Source of the DNA: Candidatus Hermodarchaeota archaeon
GTDB lineage: Archaea; Asgardarchaeota; Hermodarchaeia; Hermodarchaeales; Hermodarchaeaceae
Direction: 5' to 3'
Assembly: GCA_016839365.1 (NCBI GenBank)
Contig: JAEOUH010000081.1
Span: 1-17,877 of the forward strand
Length of the DNA stretch: 17,877 bases
Shown here: one piece after another, positions 6,382 through 15,377 of the stretch
How the letters are laid out: each line of letters starts with the position of its first letter
How positions within the stretch are numbered: position 1 is the first letter of the stretch
Position numbers and translations under genes: made by a program
The notes under the pieces: model-generated
Database searches by the model: none
The model's input: only the letters and a program-made list of their open reading frames with translations
What the model was told of the DNA's origin: nothing

Positions 6382-9336
6382 GTGGTTAAGGTGCCAAAGC
6401 TTCAAAAGGTGATCCTGGTTAGTCATACACATTGGGATCGCGAATGGTATCTTCCCTTTGAGGATTTCCGATGGTTATTGGTTAAGACTATAGATCAGCT
6501 CATCGATCTCATGGAAAACAATCAAAAATATCATTACTTCAACCTAGATGGCCAGACCATTATCCTCGAGGACTATCTAGAACTTCGACCAGAAAACCGC
6601 CAACGATTGCAACAACTCATTACTCAAAATCGCATACAAATCGGTCCATGGTATGTTCTCGCTGACGAATTCTTGGTTAGCGGTGAATCACTGATTCGCA
6701 ATCTACTCTATGGACATCAAACTGGTGGTCAGTTTGGGAAAGTGATGTCCATAGGATATGTCCCTGATTCCTTCGGACACATCGCCCAACTCCCCCAGAT
6801 TCTTAACGGCTTTAATATTACAACCAGTATTTGGTGGCGAGGATTAGAAGACAACGGAAAGACTCTACCGACAGAACTCCGTTGGCGCTCGCCTGATGGC
6901 TCAGAAGTGCTCCTAGTTCATTTACGGACGAGTTATTCAACCGCTGCAAACCTTCCTGATTCTGTTGATTCAGCATTGGCTCAAATCCTTATGCCGCTGA
7001 ATGTTCTGTCTCTCCGCGGAACCACTTCCGCTGCCCTTCTAATGAATGGAAGTGACCACCTCCCCCCTCAACCACACCTTCCCACACTCATTCATGCACT
7101 AAATCAACGTCTCCAATCTAAGGACATTTTGAGAGGAAAGCGAGTTTCACAATTACTTAGTGAGTTCGGGAAAAGCCCCATAGACAAAGAAGTAACTGGT
7201 CTTAATGAACTCAGTCCATTCATTGACCAATTGTTTACCGACTTCCTCAAAGAACTAGACGGGGTCACTTTCCATCACGGTACACTACAGGATTATATCG
7301 ATATCATCCGAAACGAAGCTTCCCTCGTAGGATTGCCTATTATTGAAGGAGAACAACACGCCAGCAAATACATCCCCGTTCTTCCTGGTGTATTTTCGTC
7401 TCGTCTCTATCTTAAACAAAAAAATTTCACATGCCAACAACTGCTCGAACGATGGGTTGAGCCCTTTAGCACTATCGCTTGGTGGCTTGGGGCTCCCTAC
7501 CCTACGGTTCCTCTCCAATACGCTTGGAAACTTCTCCTCCAAAACCACCCCCATGATTCTATTTGCGGTTGCAGTGTAGACGAAACCCATGCTGATATGG
7601 AGCGACGGTTCGCAGGAGTTCACCAAATCGGAAATCAGTTACTCGGCGAAGCCATTTCCTACATCAACCAACAAACCACCTCCAAACCTCCTTCAACACT
7701 TCCAAATCAACCTGTTGCGGCGTTCCGTGTGTTCAACCCCCATCCTTGGAACGCAACGGATATTGTCCGCATTCTTCTTCACCTACCAAACCGTAAAGAT
7801 GATCTAGCACACTTCACCCTCTATAATTCAGCTGGAGAAGCTGTTCCCTTCCAATGTCAGAAAGCAACAGCTCTCGATCCCACCATACAAAGGTCAATTG
7901 ATATCCATACCCTTCCTGAAATCTACTCAGGTGAACCACACGTCCCAGATCTTACACGCTATCTTTTGGTTACACTTCCTGTGCAGGAAATTCCTGGGTA
8001 CGGACACGCCTCCTTCTATTTAGCTCCCAAAACCTCTGAGGACACAATCCCATCAACTCCCACCCTCTCAATTACACAAAAGGATGAAGTATATTCTATT
8101 GAAAATCCATTCATTCGACTACGTATATCTACCCGGAACGGATCAATCAATCTGTATCATAAACCTACACACAAAGAGTACGACAATCTTCACGTTTTCG
8201 AAGACACAGGTGATATCGGGGACGAATACAATTACTGTCCCCCCGCTCAGGATTCCTGTGTCACCACGCAAGATATACCAAACACAAGGATAAGCATACT
8301 TGAAGCGGGGCCGATCACAAGTTCAATCCTGATTTCAACAAGGATTAAAGTTCCAAAAGAAATCCTTGCCAACCGCCGACGCCGAAGCTCCCAGATAGTG
8401 ACAATACCCATTCAAAGTCTAATCACAGTATCTGCCTATTCTCCACGAGTCGATATTCAAACCACAATAATCAATATGGCAAAGGACCATCGACTCAGAA
8501 TTCTTTTTCCAACAAACCTAAACGCTACCACTGTATGGGGAGACACTCCGTTACATGTCACGGAACGACCAAATAAAGCCGCGCCTCAAACATGGGAGGC
8601 TCAACTCTACCCCATGATAATGGACTACTACCTTACCTCAATTCTCAAGGCACCAAATATCAAAGGCAAACCCCTTGGTTGGTTCGAAGACTCCACAACC
8701 ACACACGCCCTCCAAAGCTTCGTAGATGTAAATGATGGCAAGGAAGGTTTGCTCATCGCTACAAGAGGACTCCCTGAATATGAGCTGATTGATGACGAAA
8801 AACGTACTATTGCCTTGACTCTCCTTCGATCAGTTGGATGGCTTTCCCGGGCTGACTTAACGACCCGCCGTGGAAACGCAGGTCCAGAACTCGAAACGCC
8901 AGGGGCACAATGCCTGGGACACCAAGTCATGCAATATTCCATATTACCTCACCCCGAGTCGTGGAGAAACAAGTTGACACTACGACAGGCTCAACTCTTT
9001 GTTACTCCAATGAGAGCCATCCAACTTTCCAATACAAATAATGGCCACCTCCTACCTGATCAAAGCTTTCTTTCAATCGATAATCCCCACTGCACCTTTA
9101 GCTGCTTGAAGAAATCTGAAAGCACCGATTCAACCATTCTCCGCGTATTCGAAATTAGCGGAGCTGCAGGAATGGCAAGAATCCAAACCCACTTGGAGGT
9201 TACAAAGGTTACTCCCGTCAACCTTAATGAAGAACCAACTAGCGATACTCCACTAACAATCTCAAATACATCTCATGTTGAAATGAGTATTGCTCCCTTT
9301 CAGATTCGTACTCTCCAGTTTAAAATAAAGAAATAG
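6382..9336 (+). CDS. GH38 alpha-mannosidase (MngB/mannosylglycerate hydrolase-like), cytoplasmic
   Basis: SHTHWDREWY (Zn ligands), LDGQ, GPWYVLADEF, nucleophile motif PDSFGH, NGSDH, QNHPHDSICGCS, LTLLRSVGWLSR. No signal peptide. The start may be GTG 6391. Confidence 0.95.
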   Translation: MVKVPKLQKVILVSHTHWDREWYLPFEDFRWLLVKTIDQLIDLMENNQKYHYFNLDGQTIILEDYLELRPENRQRLQQLITQNRIQIGPWYVLADEFLVSGESLIRNLLYGHQTGGQFGKVMSIGYVPDSFGHIAQLPQILNGFNITTSIWWRGLEDNGKTLPTELRWRSPDGSEVLLVHLRTSYSTAANLPDSVDSALAQILMPLNVLSLRGTTSAALLMNGSDHLPPQPHLPTLIHALNQRLQSKDILRGKRVSQLLSEFGKSPIDKEVTGLNELSPFIDQLFTDFLKELDGVTFHHGTLQDYIDIIRNEASLVGLPIIEGEQHASKYIPVLPGVFSSRLYLKQKNFTCQQLLERWVEPFSTIAWWLGAPYPTVPLQYAWKLLLQNHPHDSICGCSVDETHADMERRFAGVHQIGNQLLGEAISYINQQTTSKPPSTLPNQPVAAFRVFNPHPWNATDIVRILLHLPNRKDDLAHFTLYNSAGEAVPFQCQKATALDPTIQRSIDIHTLPEIYSGEPHVPDLTRYLLVTLPVQEIPGYGHASFYLAPKTSEDTIPSTPTLSITQKDEVYSIENPFIRLRISTRNGSINLYHKPTHKEYDNLHVFEDTGDIGDEYNYCPPAQDSCVTTQDIPNTRISILEAGPITSSILISTRIKVPKEILANRRRRSSQIVTIPIQSLITVSAYSPRVDIQTTIINMAKDHRLRILFPTNLNATTVWGDTPLHVTERPNKAAPQTWEAQLYPMIMDYYLTSILKAPNIKGKPLGWFEDSTTTHALQSFVDVNDGKEGLLIATRGLPEYELIDDEKRTIALTLLRSVGWLSRADLTTRRGNAGPELETPGAQCLGHQVMQYSILPHPESWRNKLTLRQAQLFVTPMRAIQLSNTNNGHLLPDQSFLSIDNPHCTFSCLKKSESTDSTILRVFEISGAAGMARIQTHLEVTKVTPVNLNEEPTSDTPLTISNTSHVEMSIAPFQIRTLQFKIKK

Positions 9337-9521
9337 TACAAAGCGATCTTTTGAATATAATTTTGGAATTTCAATGTGAGTGTAATCAAAATTTCATGTA
9401 AAAGAGATGGAAAAACCTTCCAAGTGAATCAGGCTTGAAGGTCGAAATAGCTGTGTAACAACCTCCTAGACCTCTTTCTAAGCACTAATAATTCTCTTCT
9501 GATATGAAACCGAAATGATTT

Positions 9522-9815
9522 ATGGGACGATTTTCATTTATAAGTTGGAGGTGGATGGCAATCGAGCCCAGATCAGACAAAATTTATTCTCCTGTTCAAA
9601 GGAGACCAAACCGTTGGCTGTTCCTCATTCTACTTTTTTGTGGAGTGTCTTGTTTGCTAATTGGGTTTACACTCTACACACTAGCTCCCTACCTAGCTTG
9701 GCAAATATTCCTTCCCGTAGATCTCCTCAAATGGATAGGCGCATTTGCATTCTACATTGGGCTCATCATCTTTTTCATTCTCGTTCTGGCCCATGTGGGA
9801 TTGCTTCACTCCTAA
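9522..9815 (+). CDS. Small membrane protein with 2 predicted TM helices
   Basis: Two long hydrophobic stretches (WLFLILLFCGVSCLLIGFTLY and WIGAFAFYIGLIIFFILVLAHVGLL). The start is uncertain (9522 or 9555). Confidence 0.65.
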   Translation: MGRFSFISWRWMAIEPRSDKIYSPVQRRPNRWLFLILLFCGVSCLLIGFTLYTLAPYLAWQIFLPVDLLKWIGAFAFYIGLIIFFILVLAHVGLLHS

Positions 9816-9978
9816 TACCCGATAACTAAAAATTTGGTGAATATAGAAAAAGAGACAACCAAGGGAATGTACTAAAACGATTAGAATTCAGCAAGCTTCG
9901 GAAGGCAATCCAAACAGTCGTACGACATCTCGATCACAAAGGAGATTTAAAGGATCAATTCCTTCTCGGTACGTATTT

Positions 9979-10725
9979 GTGTTAGGGTTCGTTGGGTCCC
10001 TCGTAAGTGGTATAGTCTTATTTTACAGTTCAATGTTTTTTTCGATAACGAATCATGATGTCTTCACGCTGCTTCTCTTCTCTGCAATACTCTTCTTCAT
10101 CGTTGCTGGGGCCTTTGGTGTCGTATCTGTTGTAGCGTGGGGTGTCGAAATTTCTGGAGATCGGTCAAGACTACGGGCACAACGAGCTAGGCATCGTCTG
10201 GACACTCGACGTCGCTACCGAACACTGAAAGGACAACGAAGTAATGCTGAATCATCAGAACCAACCCCCTCGATTCCTGATGACGGCGAAGCTACTGAAT
10301 ACGATGATGAGGAGGATGCTCGCGATCAGGACCTGCCAAAATGGCTTATACCACTTTTGAAGAATCGTCCAGCTGCCCTTGCCATTCACGATGATCTAAT
10401 CGTCACTTCGCAGTCACGGGATGAGATTGAATCAAAGTTCCAGTCACGCATCGATGATCTTGATTCTGAGAAAGTCATCATCCGCTATGAAGAGTCTGAG
10501 ACCGTTGATGTAGATGTATCATCGAAATTAGTTCACACAGAAGGGCTAACAGGTGCACCTTCTGCCCGCCTTTCTGAGACAGAAATCGAGAGAGAAGCCA
10601 TCCTCAATCTCCTTGGTGCCCTTGAACTTCAACACTCCGAAAACCGAATCACTTCGAGTTTCTATAAACGCAAGGGGAGGCAACTACGTAAACGGTTAGC
10701 TGAGATTACACGTAAGTCATCATAG
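9979..10725 (+). CDS. Membrane protein: 2 TM helices, basic then acidic linker, small alpha/beta domain, C-terminal SHOCT-like helical hairpin
   Basis: Hydrophobic N-terminus. The tail LLGALELQHSENRITSSFYKRKGRQLRKRL resembles L-x-x-L...G-x-I-S-x-x-x-Y-type helical hairpins. The frame is open back to 9847. Confidence 0.75.
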   Translation: MLGFVGSLVSGIVLFYSSMFFSITNHDVFTLLLFSAILFFIVAGAFGVVSVVAWGVEISGDRSRLRAQRARHRLDTRRRYRTLKGQRSNAESSEPTPSIPDDGEATEYDDEEDARDQDLPKWLIPLLKNRPAALAIHDDLIVTSQSRDEIESKFQSRIDDLDSEKVIIRYEESETVDVDVSSKLVHTEGLTGAPSARLSETEIEREAILNLLGALELQHSENRITSSFYKRKGRQLRKRLAEITRKSS

Positions 10726-10811
10726 TGTTTAGCCCAAGTTTGATCCTTCCAACCAAAAATCTTGTCTCTGTTTTGAAAAGCTGTAGTCAATTCCTCATGA
10801 CAGATTAGTGG

Positions 10812-11846
10812 GTGGTTCCTTTCTTGTTTTCTATATTGATAAGACCAAAGTATTTTGAATCCGTAATAATAAACTTGAAGAGGGTTCGTACAGATAAGTA
10901 CATCGTGAACCTATCCCTACAAGGCCAATTTCACCGGTATTTTCTCTTGTTATTACTATTTGGTTCTCTTTATTATCTGGCAGGTATTGCTCCTAGCCCA
11001 TTAGGTTCTTTCCTCCAATCCAACGGGAATCCTCGGGAAGGCTGGGCGGTTTTGATGGAGATGAATTTTTATTCCTCTGGCAATGATTTGGGCACCGGGT
11101 ATGCCGACACGCAGAAATGGAATTTAACCCTTCAGACATTGGGTTGGCAAACTCACCATATTCTCATCCACCAAGGCGAAATTACTCGGCAAACTGGGGA
11201 AGCTGCACTTCACTTTCTAGCAATGAATGCAGATGCGAATGATGTGGTTTTGTTCTTCGTTTTTGCACACGGTAACTATCTTCTCACGGATGTTCACTGG
11301 AATACTTGGTTCCCACAACAATGGATGAGCCTTGAAAGTCACGAAAAACTCTTTATTGTTGCCTCGTGTACATCTGAACTATTGCTTCAACCCCTCTATG
11401 ATGATCCCTCATCCCATATTCACATCGCATCGACGGAGGGGGACGAATACGCCTGGGCTGGACTGCCCGAAGAAGGGCTACCCATAATCGGTGAAATCTT
11501 CACTCATTTCTTCACCAACGCGTTAATCAATGGATCCGCCGATTCTAATACAGATGGCGAAGTAACCGTCGAAGAAGCCTTTGAGTTTGCCACTCCACTC
11601 AGCCGTAACTACATCACATCAGTGGTTTTTCCAGCATTCCCAGACTTTGCTGAGATGTGTGACAACACGGCACCTCATCCTGTGTTGGATGACAATTATC
11701 CTGACAGTTTCTCCCTCCAGGTTGATTTAGGGGATCCTCCTCTCATGCCCAGTGGGTTTCCTCCTGAGTTGGGCTTCCTCCTTGCTGGCATCATTGTTGT
11801 AATTTCAGTATTCGCCTTTGCATTCTACATGCGGCAAAGACGATAA
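10812..11846 (+). CDS. Membrane-anchored caspase-like peptidase (clan CD, C14/C13-like)
   Basis: DVVLFFVFAHG (His at 11268-11270) and KLFIVASC (Cys at 11367-11369) form the dyad. FTHFFTNAL..ADSNTDGEVTVEEAF is typical of prokaryotic caspase homologues. N-terminal hydrophobic segment and C-terminal TM plus RQRR. The true start is probably GTG 10905. Confidence 0.8.
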   Translation: MVPFLFSILIRPKYFESVIINLKRVRTDKYIVNLSLQGQFHRYFLLLLLFGSLYYLAGIAPSPLGSFLQSNGNPREGWAVLMEMNFYSSGNDLGTGYADTQKWNLTLQTLGWQTHHILIHQGEITRQTGEAALHFLAMNADANDVVLFFVFAHGNYLLTDVHWNTWFPQQWMSLESHEKLFIVASCTSELLLQPLYDDPSSHIHIASTEGDEYAWAGLPEEGLPIIGEIFTHFFTNALINGSADSNTDGEVTVEEAFEFATPLSRNYITSVVFPAFPDFAEMCDNTAPHPVLDDNYPDSFSLQVDLGDPPLMPSGFPPELGFLLAGIIVVISVFAFAFYMRQRR

Positions 11847-11861
11847 TCCGAAAGTCGAATA

Positions 11862-12653
11862 CTAGAGTTGGCTACGAATTCGACTGGGCACAGGATCTAA
11901 TATAATCTGATTCGTACGACGGGCCTGGCGGATAAACTCAAGTGGTGTCTCACTTCGTAAAAGAAACCGGAGTGTTTCATCGTCGATGAAGACGCCCAAG
12001 GTGGGCGAACCTATTTTTTGTCTAACGAGTTCAAGCAGTTTCGGATAATCTGTTTGCCAATCAGAAATCGTAATACTAGCTGGCTCTAATGCTTGTGTGG
12101 AAGTAATTCGATGGATTTGGCCATTTACCCCTTCGATGATCAGACTTGCCCAGATGGAGTTCTCCTCAAAGACTGTGAGGAGACAAAGATAGTTTGTGGG
12201 CAACGCATCCAATACACTGCGCGTCCGTTCGAAGAGTTTGAACAGACCCTTATTCCAGAATTCCTGAGGCCAAATGTAAAACCGTCTCCCAAATTCTTCT
12301 TCCAGACTGGTTTGGGCTAATTCCAGGTATTGGAAGATGTCCATTTCTGGAGTAAAAGCCCCCTGCATCTTCGCAATCAAGTAGACAACGAGCCCCTGCT
12401 CAATCATAAAGACTGCATCAACATCTTCTCTTTGTTGCATCTGTTGCACAAGGTTGGATGGTGTGGAAAAGGGACCCGTGAGGTCTGGTCTGATACCTTG
12501 AAGGGAATGATAGGCATGGATGATTTCAGCCCCTTTATATAGCAGGAAAAGTGCTCCACGCTCGCTCAAAAATTGAGGTAAGCTGGATAGTAAATTGAAC
12601 CAATGAGCAGTCGTCATATTAGTAAACTCATAATTTTTATCGAGACGTCTCAT
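11862..12653 (-). CDS. Hypothetical soluble protein translationally coupled to the glycosidase
   Basis: ATGA overlap with the upstream stop (12653-12650), GAGGTGG upstream, 263 aa of globular composition. Confidence 0.85.
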   Translation of the reverse strand: MRRLDKNYEFTNMTTAHWFNLLSSLPQFLSERGALFLLYKGAEIIHAYHSLQGIRPDLTGPFSTPSNLVQQMQQREDVDAVFMIEQGLVVYLIAKMQGAFTPEMDIFQYLELAQTSLEEEFGRRFYIWPQEFWNKGLFKLFERTRSVLDALPTNYLCLLTVFEENSIWASLIIEGVNGQIHRITSTQALEPASITISDWQTDYPKLLELVRQKIGSPTLGVFIDDETLRFLLRSETPLEFIRQARRTNQIILDPVPSRIRSQL

Positions 12654-14809
12654 CGAACCACCTCAAATATCCGTAATTCATGGGCTTGTAGTTCGATTTC
12701 CTGAGGGCCTTTATCAGGTAACTGTTCGCCGGTCCAAAGATCTCGAATTATCAAGCGTTTAGCTACATTCAGGGTAACTGATTGCGGTTGGTTAGTAGCA
12801 TTTACTTGGAATATCACAGTGGGGGCACGAACGCCCCAATGAATTTCATCAACAGATGGATTCTGCGCATCTCCGATAGCACTCAGATTTAGGTGCTTTA
12901 GGGAGTTGGTGATAACGGTTTCTGCTTCCAATGCCTCATCGCGATTCAAGGTTGGAGGCAAAGTGATTCCAAGATAGACGATGGTCCCTTTACTTACCTG
13001 AGTGACTTCTCCAGCAGGACGGTTTCCGGCTTGAATTCTATTGTCCACAAGGGTAAATGGATCGTGAAGCCCCACTAATGGTCGGCGGGTCGATGTAGGC
13101 TTAATACCCGAACGATCAATTATCACAGAGCACCCACGCATGTCCGTACCCAAATACGGCAACTCCGGACCAAGAATGGCTGTACCACCTCGTTCGACAA
13201 AATCCATTATCTTGGACTGCAACTCATCGGACATAAAATCGAAGCTCGGAATAATCAGGGCTTGATATCGGTTAAGCGATGGCAAGTCCATGTTGCTATC
13301 ACCGATAGCAAAGGGAATTTTGGAAAGAGTCAATCCCCAATAGTAGGCATCCCATAGGGCAGGGTAGGCTTTCTGAATCGTTTCTGTATAACTAAAGGTT
13401 CGGTTACTCAATAGCACATCATCTGGAATTCCCAACATATGAGTCAGCCAAGTGGAGTTTGTGCACATTCGGTGAAGCCGCTCATACTCGAAGTTGCGCA
13501 GCAACAATATGGGGACGTTACGCTGCAAGGTATGGAATTCAACTGTATTTAGCACCTCAAGTAATCGCTTCAGGAATGCTGAGTTGGCATCATCAGTTTC
13601 CCCCATCTCCGATATGGGACTTCCAAGCCAACGATCTCGTCCCACCAGCATATGAGCATTAAATCCCCGAAAACCATACATCAGCGCCACAACCATCGCA
13701 AACTGCTGATCTTCGGGCTTCAATCCTGGGCCCCAGGGCCAGATGCCAATTCCACTTTCAGAAATGTAAGGCAATCGGCTTACAGCACTAAGGTATAACG
13801 CGCCACGTCGAATTCTGTCATACTGTGACTGCCCGAGATAGAGCCCCACGCCTTGAATATCCAACTCCTTTTCTGTTCGCCCAACGGACAAAGGCAAAGA
13901 GGGGTAGGTGGATCGAGTATTATGCAGAGTAAGGACTCCACGAACCCCGCGTGACCAAAGCAAGCTAGTCAATACGCTAAGTGCTAATCCAACATAGTAC
14001 TCTTGGAATTCCATCCAATCTAGATACCGGGGGAGGGCTTCATGCTCAGTGGCTGCCAGGGCCCGTGGTGGCTCGATTTCGGTGAACCGACTGTACCGGG
14101 TACGATAGGCTCGGTTTAATCCTCCAATCGATGGATATTTACTATTTAGGTATTCATGATACCACCGCAATGCATGAGTTGAATAATCTGCGCTGAATGG
14201 GCCATTTAAAAAGATGCGTGGTAAATCGTTGTCAATGTGAACTCCGATAATTGGACCTCCAGGTGCGAGCTGTCGAGTGATGATAGGACAGACCGCATCA
14301 AAGAACTTTGATACCTCATCGTAGAACTTTTCACTAGCATAACTTGGCATAGGAAATGGATTCGGTATCGCAGGAATTATCACACGTGTCCCGTAGGAGC
14401 TTACAGCGTGAATCTCAGGATCATAGAGTAAGCGTTTCGGAAAACCATAGTGGTTGAGTTCAGCGTCAAGACAAGGTCCAAGGCGTACAATTGCGTAGAG
14501 TCCTTTATCACGGCACAGGGTAAGAAACGCTTCAATGTCGCGTTGTTTATCTGTCTTACCAAAATCAAATAGGTCGCTAGCTACTTCATGGACATTCCAT
14601 GGAATCGCTACAGAGACAATTCTGAAGCCTAGACCAGCTATCCGAGCAAGAATGGTCTCCCATCTTTTGGATGGAATTCGCCAATAATCGGCTGAGCCGC
14701 TATATAGGGGGAATTGCTCTCCCTCAACTTTGACGCAATATCCCTCAAGTTTCAGGGCTGGCTGCATGACTGCGCTTCGATCGTCGGCGCCTATACCGTT
14801 CTGCTCCAT
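12650..14809 (-). CDS. GH35/GH42-type (clan GH-A) beta-galactosidase-like protein with trimerisation domain; atypical catalytic motifs
   Basis: SGSADYWR, IPWNVHE, VRLGPCLDAE..GFP, GGPIIGVHIDND, ISESG, GH42-like YL..KY.SI..LNRAY and YQALIIP...IMDFVERGG. GGAGGT upstream supports ATG 14809 over GTG 14833. Confidence 0.88.
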   Translation of the reverse strand: MEQNGIGADDRSAVMQPALKLEGYCVKVEGEQFPLYSGSADYWRIPSKRWETILARIAGLGFRIVSVAIPWNVHEVASDLFDFGKTDKQRDIEAFLTLCRDKGLYAIVRLGPCLDAELNHYGFPKRLLYDPEIHAVSSYGTRVIIPAIPNPFPMPSYASEKFYDEVSKFFDAVCPIITRQLAPGGPIIGVHIDNDLPRIFLNGPFSADYSTHALRWYHEYLNSKYPSIGGLNRAYRTRYSRFTEIEPPRALAATEHEALPRYLDWMEFQEYYVGLALSVLTSLLWSRGVRGVLTLHNTRSTYPSLPLSVGRTEKELDIQGVGLYLGQSQYDRIRRGALYLSAVSRLPYISESGIGIWPWGPGLKPEDQQFAMVVALMYGFRGFNAHMLVGRDRWLGSPISEMGETDDANSAFLKRLLEVLNTVEFHTLQRNVPILLLRNFEYERLHRMCTNSTWLTHMLGIPDDVLLSNRTFSYTETIQKAYPALWDAYYWGLTLSKIPFAIGDSNMDLPSLNRYQALIIPSFDFMSDELQSKIMDFVERGGTAILGPELPYLGTDMRGCSVIIDRSGIKPTSTRRPLVGLHDPFTLVDNRIQAGNRPAGEVTQVSKGTIVYLGITLPPTLNRDEALEAETVITNSLKHLNLSAIGDAQNPSVDEIHWGVRAPTVIFQVNATNQPQSVTLNVAKRLIIRDLWTGEQLPDKGPQEIELQAHELRIFEVVR

Positions 14810-14936
14810 TGCGCTAGACCTCCGATTACCCACACCGGTTCTTTAACCAGAACCATCATTGCCGCAAATAGTCCAGTTTAAAGAACAGTGCTAACTCTCC
14901 CTGAAATAGGTTACTCTGTCTACTGGATTTGGGCTA

Positions 14937-15365
14937 TTAACTTGTGAAATCAAGTTTTTCGACAGGATCCGGATACATCTGACCTGGTTTCATGTATTCA
15001 ATCTTTTTCGGAACAAGGTGTAGAAGCGTAAATTTAGGGTCATCGGCGGATTTGAAGTAGTTGGAAAAAAACGATGTCTCTTTAGCTAGGCGACCACGAG
15101 TGGTTTTATCATTAATAATCTTCGCAAGTCCGCTGAACCGCACATACCCTCCACCCTCTTCGAAGCGAATCAGTCGAACTACTTCGATCTTTTCATTCTG
15201 TTTAATTTGGGTGACCTTCGCATTTGCGGTGCCGGTTAGGACAAAGAGTTCTCCATTATTTTCGACTAGTGTCACGGGACGTACCCGAGGTTGATTACCT
15301 TCAGCTGTTGCTAGGAAGATGTTATTTTCGCCCCTCAGCAGGTCTTCTACAGTAGGGATGTTCAT
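14937..15365 (-). CDS. Pyridoxamine 5'-phosphate oxidase-like FMN-binding split-barrel protein
   Basis: FLATAEGNQPRVRPV, K..QIKQNEKIEV, VRFSGLA, DDPKFTLL. GGAGGT RBS overlaps the upstream stop. Confidence 0.88.
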   Translation of the reverse strand: MNIPTVEDLLRGENNIFLATAEGNQPRVRPVTLVENNGELFVLTGTANAKVTQIKQNEKIEVVRLIRFEEGGGYVRFSGLAKIINDKTTRGRLAKETSFFSNYFKSADDPKFTLLHLVPKKIEYMKPGQMYPDPVEKLDFTS

Positions 15366-15377
15366 CCATTATACCTC

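Noticed and set aside
7114-7263. Intein in the GH38 insertion
   Set aside because: Too short, and it lacks the N-terminal C/S and C-terminal HN-C/S/T motifs.
9337-9514. AT-rich intergenic region as a CRISPR leader, origin or mobile-element end
   Set aside because: No repeats, ORB-like boxes or transposase nearby. Only short chance-level inverted repeats such as TGGAA-N5-TTCCA.
9515-9829. 104-aa ORF overlapping the 2-TM gene in another frame
   Set aside because: The 9522-9815 frame gives a coherent membrane protein and this one has no recognisable features. Not fully excluded.
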